From: an uncultured virus (IMG/VR IMGVR_UViG_3300021478_000018)
Lineage: Duplodnaviria > Heunggongvirae > Uroviricota > Caudoviricetes
IMG/VR virus record: IMGVR_UViG_3300021478_000018
Reading direction: 5' to 3' (one strand)
DNA: 57,818 nt
Positions 50,858-57,818 of the stretch are shown one piece after another (position 1 is the stretch's first letter; each line of letters begins with the position of its first letter). A program made the position numbers and the translations under genes. The notes beneath the pieces were generated by a model. The model had not been told where the DNA came from, did not search any database, and saw nothing but the letters and a program-made list of their open reading frames with translations.

Positions 50858-52022
50858 AGAGATCCGGAAAAGAACGGGTTACGACCGGCTTACCGAAGGC
50901 CGGGATCTAAGCGAGGTAACGCATAAGGTCTTACGGAAGCTAGACGATCTCCCGGATTCGATTACTTCCCGGGCCGGGAATACGAAAGAGCTTTCTCCCC
51001 ACTTATTCCATATCCCTTCCGACGCTTACGGCGAGCCGAACGCGACGACGATCCTCCCGGGCCGGGGGAATAACGTTTTCGCGACGATCGCCGAGACCTT
51101 ATGGGTCTACGCCGGGCGGAACGATATTATAACGCTTAAACGGTGGCTTCCCCGGGCGGTCGAGTTCTCGGACGACGGGAAGGTCTGGTCCTCGGGGTAC
51201 GGGCCCCGGATCCGGTCCTGGATAAATCATAATCTAAAGTCCTTCGATCAGATCGAGGCCGTTCTTCGCCGTCTTAAGGCGAAAGCCGACTCGCGCCAGG
51301 CGGTCATCGTAATCTGGGATCCGGCGGCGGACGGGGTTAAGGAGAATTCGAAGGATTACGCCTGTAATATTTTTCTCCACTTCCTTATCCGGGACGGCGG
51401 GCTAAATATGTACGTTACGACCCGCTCGAACGATATAATCTTCGGGGTCGCGATTAACGTTTTTGAGTGGTGCTTTCTCGGGCGGTATCTCGCGACCGAG
51501 TTACGGATCCCTTTCCGCAATTACTATCAGACCGGCTCCTCCCTCCACCTTTACGATTGGAAAGGGACGACCGCGAAACGGGTCCTCGAAACTCCATACT
51601 TCCCGATCCCGGTCGTTAAGACGGCGGCGTCGCTCGTCGCGAGGGAAGAACCCCGGCTAGCGCCGAAAGAGATGCAAGCGGTTTGCGGCGAAATCTATCA
51701 CGCCGCTTTTACCGATAAATTAGTCGATCTTGACGCCGACTATTTCGCCCGGCTTCCGTCCCGGATCGCCGACTGCGTCTATGCGCTCTGGGCGGAGACG
51801 AAGCTCGATACTTCCGGGCCGGACTATCTCGCCGAGCTACAAGCGGTCCGTTATCCGCCGCTTCTTTTTTCGCTTCTCGACGTGGGAATGCGGCGAAGGA
51901 AAGAGGCGCTCTGGCTCTGTAAAGGCTTTAACGAGCTATTTGCCGATACCGCGAACGAGATCGCGGCGGCCCGTTACTTAAAGCGGCTCTATAAGGCGAC
52001 GGTCGGCGAAAAAGTCCTGTAG
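50787..52022 (+). CDS. Thymidylate-synthase-fold enzyme (possible dUMP hydroxymethylase)
   Basis: YGPR, DSRQAV, KDYACN, RSNDIIFG..N, SLHLY. Confidence 0.85.
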   Translation: MHQSQAQAQALLKWYPNLRKTLVKEIRKRTGYDRLTEGRDLSEVTHKVLRKLDDLPDSITSRAGNTKELSPHLFHIPSDAYGEPNATTILPGRGNNVFATIAETLWVYAGRNDIITLKRWLPRAVEFSDDGKVWSSGYGPRIRSWINHNLKSFDQIEAVLRRLKAKADSRQAVIVIWDPAADGVKENSKDYACNIFLHFLIRDGGLNMYVTTRSNDIIFGVAINVFEWCFLGRYLATELRIPFRNYYQTGSSLHLYDWKGTTAKRVLETPYFPIPVVKTAASLVAREEPRLAPKEMQAVCGEIYHAAFTDKLVDLDADYFARLPSRIADCVYALWAETKLDTSGPDYLAELQAVRYPPLLFSLLDVGMRRRKEALWLCKGFNELFADTANEIAAARYLKRLYKATVGEKVL

Positions 52023-52029
52023 TCTCGAA

Positions 52030-52058
52030 GGGGGTATTTCTGGTCTGGAAATACCCCC
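52030..52058. promoter_or_regulatory. Perfect inverted repeat upstream of the GT9 start
   Basis: GGGGGTATTTC-TGGTCTG-GAAATACCCCC, 2 nt before ATG 52061. Confidence 0.55.
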
Positions 52059-52060
52059 TA

Positions 52061-53242
52061 ATGAAAGTCATTACTTTTAGTCGGAAGGTTACCGTCATTA
52101 CGAAGTGCGGTAAACACCAGGCCGAGGTCCCCTGTAACCCGGGGGAACGGTTAATCTTCGATAATGATAACGCCCTTAGTATCCAGCAGGATCCCGGCTC
52201 CGCCCGCTACATCTTCGAGGTAACCGATCTAGAGCCGCTAATTAAGGAGATGCCCCGACCGGCCCGGTGGGCGAAAAGGCGGGTCCTTTTTTACCGGAAT
52301 CGGGGGATCGGCGATCAACTCATTATTTCCTCCGCCTCCCGCTTCTTCGCCGAGATCCTCGGGGCGGAATGCTTCCAGCTTTCCGACCGGATCCACGAGG
52401 CCCTATGGGCGTTTAACCCGTTTATCGGCGGGGCGGCGCTCCACATGCCGATGCATCTCGATACCGTCTGGCGGTCGAACGGGAAACCTTTCTTCCCGGG
52501 AGCCTTCTTTTTCGAGTCGCTTACCGAATGGGATTCCGACGGCGAGCAGCCCAACGTCTACGACCGGGTCTATGGAATGCTCGGATTCGAGCCGGACCGG
52601 ATCCCGGCGAAATTTAAACGTCCGGTTATCGCCCTTCAGAAGCAGGACATAGATAAAAGGAACCAATGGTTAAAGCAGGTCGGCAGCGCGGTTAATAAGC
52701 CGACCGATAACGGCTACATCTTTTTCCAGCCCCGCTCGACGAATAAAGGCCGGAGCTTACCGAATTTCCTAATCGAGAAGGTTCTCTATTCGGTTAACGA
52801 GTTCGCGGAGAAGCTGCAGATACCGATCCTGGTCGCCGACGATAACCCGCTCGACCCGGAGGTTAACGCCATGGTGCAGCGTACTCCGAGAGCGATTAAC
52901 GTCGCGACGGCGCTTAATAACGTCCGGCTTTTCGTCTCGGTTATCGGGGCGGCGAACGTCGTCGTCGGGCCGGACTCCTCTGCGCTCCATATCGCCGCCG
53001 CGTTCGAAACTCCGGCGGTTGGACTCTGGGGGCCGTTCGAACCGAAGAGCCGGACGCAGTACTACCCGAGGCAGGTCCACTTACATCACCCCAACCTTTG
53101 CCCCGAAGCGCCCTGCTTTAACTATCTCCCGGAACTCCCGGCGATGAAGTGCCCGAACGGGGCGGCGCAACGGCATTGCGAGTGCTACGAAGGGATCGAG
53201 ACGGAGGAGATTTTCGAAGCGCTAAAAGCGGTTACGAGTTAG
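52061..53242 (+). CDS. Glycosyltransferase family 9 (heptosyltransferase-like)
   Basis: RGIGDQL; VVGPDSSALHIAAAFETPAVGLWGP; C-terminal Cys cluster. Confidence 0.85.
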   Translation: MKVITFSRKVTVITKCGKHQAEVPCNPGERLIFDNDNALSIQQDPGSARYIFEVTDLEPLIKEMPRPARWAKRRVLFYRNRGIGDQLIISSASRFFAEILGAECFQLSDRIHEALWAFNPFIGGAALHMPMHLDTVWRSNGKPFFPGAFFFESLTEWDSDGEQPNVYDRVYGMLGFEPDRIPAKFKRPVIALQKQDIDKRNQWLKQVGSAVNKPTDNGYIFFQPRSTNKGRSLPNFLIEKVLYSVNEFAEKLQIPILVADDNPLDPEVNAMVQRTPRAINVATALNNVRLFVSVIGAANVVVGPDSSALHIAAAFETPAVGLWGPFEPKSRTQYYPRQVHLHHPNLCPEAPCFNYLPELPAMKCPNGAAQRHCECYEGIETEEIFEALKAVTS

Positions 53243-53260
53243 CGGTATTTAATTTTTAAG

Positions 53261-53791
53261 ATGGCGACGTCCGTACCTAATTCGTTTTCCGCGTTTCAAC
53301 GGCTCTTCGAGGATATCGGCGATCCGGCGCTTCTCGGCCCGGCGGACGCGGCGGAGACGGAAGAAGACGATTCCGAAGGGGAAAACCGGCTAGAGAAGAT
53401 TCTCTCGATCGCGTGCGACGCGATTCTCGCCGACCTCCACGATAACGAGAACCTCCGGGACGCGGTTATCTCCTCGATCCCGAGCCCGGCCTCGAAGACG
53501 CTCCTCTTTATAATTAATCCGTCGCTCGATCTAACCGAGGACCTTTTCGATTTCCTCGACGATCATCCCCGGATTAAGAAGTGGGCTCCCGGGGCCCGGA
53601 AATTAGCGAACGGGGAACGGATCCGGGCGGTCAAGATTCTTCCGGTCCCGGTCGACGACGAGTGTACGTCGCCCGATAGCGATCTAGAGGCCCAGAAGGA
53701 CCAGGAACAGACCGCCCTCCAAAACGCCTCCGAGGAGGGAGACCGGATCGGGATTAGCGGTACCTTCTCCGGGAGTAATCCCGGAATGTAG
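53261..53791 (+). CDS. Acidic hypothetical protein
   Basis: 176 aa; GGTATTTA upstream; RLFE near the N-terminus. Confidence 0.55.
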   Translation: MATSVPNSFSAFQRLFEDIGDPALLGPADAAETEEDDSEGENRLEKILSIACDAILADLHDNENLRDAVISSIPSPASKTLLFIINPSLDLTEDLFDFLDDHPRIKKWAPGARKLANGERIRAVKILPVPVDDECTSPDSDLEAQKDQEQTALQNASEEGDRIGISGTFSGSNPGM

Positions 53792-53817
53792 AGAGACGGC
53801 GAGTATTTAAGCTCGCA

Positions 53818-54216
53818 ATGGCTAGCATCCTTTCGGTCGACACCATTACCGGAGTCACTAACACCAATTACTCGAAGCTTCCGAGCGGGGTCGTCGACGG
53901 CGTTACGATTACTTTCGTAACCGTAGCTAGTAACGCGGTCCTCGCGCTCGCGAACGGCGGAATCCAGCTCTCCCACCTCTCTCCCGCCGTTCTCCAGCAG
54001 GTTACCGCCCAATCTTCCGTCTCCCTTCCGGGAACGATTATCCAGTGTTACGGTATTAATCAGCCGCCCGGGACCCTCCTCTGTACGGGCCAGGCGGTTA
54101 GCCGGACGACCTATTCCGCTCTTTTCGCCGCGATCGGTACCACCTTCGGAACCGGGGACGGGTCGACGACTTTCAATGTCCCGAATCTCGGAGGCTCTTT
54201 CTACATAAAATACTGA
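53818..54216 (+). CDS. Tail-collar domain protein
   Basis: PGTLLCTGQAVSRTTYSALFAAIGTTFGTGDGSTTFNVPNL. Confidence 0.85.
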   Translation: MASILSVDTITGVTNTNYSKLPSGVVDGVTITFVTVASNAVLALANGGIQLSHLSPAVLQQVTAQSSVSLPGTIIQCYGINQPPGTLLCTGQAVSRTTYSALFAAIGTTFGTGDGSTTFNVPNLGGSFYIKY

Positions 54217-54223
54217 TCTCCCT

Positions 54224-55435
54224 ATGTCCCTTTTAATCACCGACGCCGTCCAGGGCCTAGCCGACGCTACGTACATCCAACTCCCGACGGGGATCGTCGA
54301 TCCGGCTTGCCTCCAGGTCGTTACGATTAACGGCGCTCTTCGGATAACGATTAAAAAGAACTCGCTCGACGGGTCCTATTTTACCGGGGACTTTATCCCG
54401 AACGGGTCGATTACTAGTTCGCAGCTGGCGAATAACTGCGTCGGGACGGGTCAGCTCCAGGACGGCGCGGTAACGACGTCGAAGCTCGCCGACCATAGCG
54501 TTACCCAGATTAAGCTCGCTTTCGGGGCGGTAACCAATACCGAGATCGCCGCCGGAACGATCCATTCCAGTAATATCGCCCCGAATGCGATCGTAACGAA
54601 CCTTATTAATCCCGGCTCGGTAACCGGCCCCTGTATCGCCAGCGCGGCGATTACCTCGGTTAACTTCTCGCCCGGCGCGGTTAATAATTCCGCGCTTCAG
54701 TCGGCGTGCGTCGCGATCCCGAACCTCGGCTCGGACGTCCTTTCGCTAATTCAGGGAACGGGCCTTCCGTCGGGGATTATCCTACCGACGGCCCGGATCT
54801 CGCCGCCGACCGGTTACCTCTTCTGCGATGGGGCGCAAATTTCCCGGTCGGTTTACGCTACGCTCTACGCGGCGCTCGGCGGGGCGAACTCCCCTTGGGG
54901 TCAGGGCGACGGGAGCACCACTTTCCAAGTTCCCGATCTTCGCGGGCGGAATATCGTCGGGGCCGGAGCCGGTCCCGGCTTAACGAACCGGGCGCTCGGG
55001 AGTACCGGCGGAGCCGAATACCACTACATCTCGACGAACGAGATGCCCGCCCATAGCCATCCGGTCGTCGATAACGGGCACTCCCACGCCGTTAACGAGC
55101 CCTTCCACTCCCACTCGATCTCCCAGACCCCCCACGCCCACGGGGTTACCGACCCCGGGCATACGCATACTTACGTCGGGGTCTATCCGCAGCTTAATAC
55201 CGCGCCGAACGTCGGGAACTCCTATACGACGCCGGTAACCCCCCTTACGACGACGTCTTCGACGACTGGGATTAGTATCCAAGCGGCGAACGCTAACGTC
55301 TCGATCGTCCAGACCAAGATCGGGATTACGATCGCGGGCGCGAGTACCTCGATCTACAATACCAATACCGGAGGCGGAGCGCCGATAAGCTTAATGGCGC
55401 CGTTCGCCTCCTGTAACTACATAATTAAGACGTAA
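54224..55435 (+). CDS. Tail fibre with collar domain and HxH needle
   Basis: 10-residue xxAVTxxKL repeats, collar YLFCDG..GDGSTTFQVPDLRGR, DPGHTH repeats, ends YIIKT. Confidence 0.85.
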   Translation: MSLLITDAVQGLADATYIQLPTGIVDPACLQVVTINGALRITIKKNSLDGSYFTGDFIPNGSITSSQLANNCVGTGQLQDGAVTTSKLADHSVTQIKLAFGAVTNTEIAAGTIHSSNIAPNAIVTNLINPGSVTGPCIASAAITSVNFSPGAVNNSALQSACVAIPNLGSDVLSLIQGTGLPSGIILPTARISPPTGYLFCDGAQISRSVYATLYAALGGANSPWGQGDGSTTFQVPDLRGRNIVGAGAGPGLTNRALGSTGGAEYHYISTNEMPAHSHPVVDNGHSHAVNEPFHSHSISQTPHAHGVTDPGHTHTYVGVYPQLNTAPNVGNSYTTPVTPLTTTSSTTGISIQAANANVSIVQTKIGITIAGASTSIYNTNTGGGAPISLMAPFASCNYIIKT

Positions 55436-55538
55436 GAACTTGGTGAAGATCCTCTGAAGGTAGAGGGATTTAGATTTTCTTCCGGGAGCGTCGCGTATAT
55501 CTCGATTAACCTAAATCAACGCTCATTTTAAATAGTCT

Positions 55539-55949
55539 ATGGCCTCTTCCACTTATGGCATCTATGCAGTAAAAGGCGTCTCGACGCCGTTCGTAACCTA
55601 CCGGACCGATTTCCGAGTCGGTCGGATCGACTTCCAGATTCGCAACTACGGCGATAGTCCGGTTAAGGTGCAAATCCGCGAATCCGAAGTAAACGGGACG
55701 TCTTCGAGCGTCGTTGTAAACGATACCCTTATTAGCGTCGGCGGCGGCGTCGTCGATCTTCCGATAAACGTCGCGAAGGGGCAGGTCCAGCTCCTTTCCG
55801 GCTCCGGGAATCTCGCCGCGTCGAGCGTCCACGTTCAGGCGACCTTTTTTGGGCTCTCCTTCTATGGCGGCTCGATCGCCGATATGGAAAGTTTGAATCG
55901 GTCCGGCTGGACTGCTGGGACAGATTTGCCCACGGGGGTTAGAGATTAG
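55539..55949 (+). CDS. Hypothetical beta-rich protein (possibly structural)
   Basis: 136-aa ORF followed by a terminator. Confidence 0.5.
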   Translation: MASSTYGIYAVKGVSTPFVTYRTDFRVGRIDFQIRNYGDSPVKVQIRESEVNGTSSSVVVNDTLISVGGGVVDLPINVAKGQVQLLSGSGNLAASSVHVQATFFGLSFYGGSIADMESLNRSGWTAGTDLPTGVRD

Positions 55950-55970
55950 CACTGACCATTATTTCTCTCG

Positions 55971-56004
55971 AAAGCCCCGGCGCTCGTATAGGCCGGGGCT
56001 TTTT
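55971..56004 (+). terminator. Intrinsic terminator
   Basis: AAAGCCCCGGC..GCCGGGGCTTTTT. Confidence 0.8.
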
Positions 56005-56029
56005 ATTTCCCGAAATGTAGGGAGGACTT

Positions 56030-56224
56030 ATGAGAAAAATAATCCTCTCCTTCTTCACCGTCTTTACCCTTCTCGGTAACCTACAGGCCGGTACCTGCTA
56101 TGGGGACGCCGATTGCACCGCCTGTACGACTTGCAACTATTGTAAGCATTGCAACGAAGGCGGCGGTACCTGCGGCGTAAAGAACGGAACCTCCGCCGGA
56201 CGCGGTTCTCGCCGGGGCCATTAA
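56030..56224 (+). CDS. Small secreted Cys-rich protein
   Basis: Signal-peptide-like N-terminus, then CYGDADCTACTTCNYCKHCNEGGGTCG; CGAAATGTA and GGAGG upstream. Confidence 0.65.
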   Translation: MRKIILSFFTVFTLLGNLQAGTCYGDADCTACTTCNYCKHCNEGGGTCGVKNGTSAGRGSRRGH

Positions 56225-56289
56225 TGTTTTAAGTTCGAAATGTAGGGCTAGATCGGGATATCCCCGTTCTAGACTAACGAATAATTACA

Positions 56290-56967
56290 ATGCCAACGAC
56301 AGAAGAAATAGAAGTAACGGAAACGGAAGCGGTAGAGCCTAAACCTCTTGTTCAATTAGCCGTCCGGTTAGAGAGTACCCGTCCTCTAATAATGCACCGG
56401 GGAAACCTAGCGGATTCTTTCGACCCTTGGGCTCGGAGGATTAAAGAAATTTCCTCGAAAAGGAAGAAGACCGACGAGGACGCCGCTGAACTACAAAAGC
56501 GGGAATTTCTCGGTTCAATGTATTACGATCCCGAAATTGGGATCTATATCCCGTCGGAAAATGTTCGAGCTTGTATCGTCGAAGGAGCGCGAGTCTCGAA
56601 GCTCGGAGTGCAAGCGGAGACCGGGATCGAGGTAATCGCCTACGGTAAAAACGAGGCCGCTATTCCTTTCGAATATGAAGGTCCGAAAGACCCGGAAAAA
56701 TTATGGAACTCGCGGAAAAAGGACGGTAGTTCCGATTTCATCTTTACCCGGGGCGTCCGCGTCTCCCAAGCTCGTATTATGCGGACTCGGCCTCGGTTTA
56801 GTAAGTGGGCGGTCGATTTTATCTTAGAAATCGATACCGAACTTCTTAACCCGGATCAGGCGATTCAAGCCATGGTTCACGCCGGTTCGCGTAAAGGACT
56901 CGGGGATTGGCGTCCCCGTTACGGACGTTTTACCGTTACTAAAGCCGATCTTATAAAAGAAATTTAA
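56290..56967 (+). CDS. Cas7/RAMP-like protein (candidate guide-RNA-binding effector)
   Basis: N-terminal strand VRLESTRPLIMH, YIPSENVRACI helix, RTRPRF..W, C-terminal Gly-rich loop AGSRKGLGDWRPRYGRFTV; next to the GGY-NN array. Confidence 0.7.
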   Translation: MPTTEEIEVTETEAVEPKPLVQLAVRLESTRPLIMHRGNLADSFDPWARRIKEISSKRKKTDEDAAELQKREFLGSMYYDPEIGIYIPSENVRACIVEGARVSKLGVQAETGIEVIAYGKNEAAIPFEYEGPKDPEKLWNSRKKDGSSDFIFTRGVRVSQARIMRTRPRFSKWAVDFILEIDTELLNPDQAIQAMVHAGSRKGLGDWRPRYGRFTVTKADLIKEI

Positions 56968-56971
56968 ACTT

Positions 56972-57460
56972 ATGGGTATTACAACTCCTCCGGAAGATGG
57001 GCGGGCCTATCCTTTAGGCCCGCAAGCAATCGTCGACGATTTAGAAAAAGAAGGACTACTTCGGTACGGAGTACAGATTCCGACCGACTTTTTCGAAAAG
57101 CGTCTTTTAAAGAATCGCAACGACAATTTTTTCTCTATCGCGATTAGCGCGGTCCGCGACCTCCTTATCCCTAGAGGCCTTTATCTCAACGGATACGGCG
57201 GTAAAGGAGATCTCTATCAGATAGACGATCCTAAGCGGAACGCGCATCATGCGCGATCTAGAGCGCGGAATGCTCGTAAGGAGATCTGGCGGTCGTCGAC
57301 CTTAGCGGCCCAGACCGACCGGAGCGGGCTAACCGAGGCGCAAATCGCCGAACTCGATCAGGTTCATCGCCGGGCGTCGACGATCGGTATGCTAATGGAT
57401 AAGTCGAGAACGATCGAAAAACTAGTTCGTAAGTATCAGCCCAAACTACTCGGGCGATAA
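56972..57460 (+). CDS. Accessory protein between the RAMP-like gene and the array
   Basis: 162 aa, starts 4 nt after the RAMP-like stop; its stop is 7 nt before the first pentamer. Confidence 0.7.
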   Translation: MGITTPPEDGRAYPLGPQAIVDDLEKEGLLRYGVQIPTDFFEKRLLKNRNDNFFSIAISAVRDLLIPRGLYLNGYGGKGDLYQIDDPKRNAHHARSRARNARKEIWRSSTLAAQTDRSGLTEAQIAELDQVHRRASTIGMLMDKSRTIEKLVRKYQPKLLGR

Positions 57461-57467
57461 TTTTCGA

Positions 57468-57818
57468 GGCGGGGCCAGGCGGAGCATGGTCCGGCGGGGC
57501 TAGGCGGGGCGGTGGCATGGTACGGCGGGGTATGGTGAGGCGAGGCAAGGCTTGGATCCCGTTCTTTCGGAAGAGGGGACGGGTTCGGGGCTTGGCCGGG
57601 TGCGGCTGGGTTGGGCTCGGTACGGTTGGGCATGGCTGGGCGTGGTACGGCGAGGCTTGGATCCCGCTTCTTCTAACGAGGAAGCGGGCTCTGGGCAAGG
57701 TGGGGCGAGGCCCGGCGCGGCTTGGTCTGGCTGGGCTAGGCTGGGTAAGGCGTGGCTTGGTGTGGCGGGGCACGGCGGGGCACGGCGGGGCGTGGATCCC
57801 GAATCTTCGAAAGAGGGT
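57468..57818 (+). ncRNA. GGY-NN pentamer array with periodic hairpins (candidate guide-RNA array, truncated by window end)
   Basis: Tracts of 17, 14 and 20 GG(C/T)NN units, each followed by a GGATCCCG..CGGG stem-loop with G-U pairs and 4-nt loops (GGAA, TAAC, GAAA). Confidence 0.75.

Noticed and set aside
57258..57773. Minus-strand ORFs of 171 aa and 65 aa over the terminal repeat region
   Set aside because: Pro/Arg-rich translations are by-products of the 5-nt repeat; the G-U hairpins indicate a + strand RNA.
57468..57818. Canonical CRISPR array or simple microsatellite
   Set aside because: There are no identical 25-40 nt repeats with unique spacers, and the NN positions are too varied and too regularly punctuated for a slippage repeat.

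Overview
About 58 kb of a large dsDNA (jumbo-type) bacteriophage genome. No rRNA, tRNA, canonical CRISPR array or transposase was recognised. It holds a tandem array of collagen-containing tail-fibre/receptor-binding paralogues (1-12055), lysis genes, replication/recombination genes (fused SbcD-SbcC, primase, DinG-like helicase, HU), a thymidylate-synthase-fold enzyme, three glycosyltransferases and a PIG-L deacetylase, and three sigma-factor-like ORFs. The most unusual elements are: (1) at the right end, a Cas7/RAMP-like gene plus accessory gene followed by a non-coding array of GGY-NN pentamer tracts punctuated by conserved hairpins, a candidate RNA-guided system with a gapped code, truncated by the window; (2) a peptide tag (E-T-M-H-T-I-S-G-W-D-E) seen 17 times, dividing a 1675-aa polyprotein into unrelated modules and ending several stand-alone proteins; (3) a 59-aa UBact-like (Pup-like) gene missing from the ORF track, and a second small protein ending in GG; (4) recurrent upstream motifs (CGAAATGTA, SGTTCT, RGTANTTA) suggesting leaderless phage promoters and a sigma cascade; (5) visible depletion of CA/TG dinucleotides. 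All family calls come from motif recognition by eye; no database search was run.
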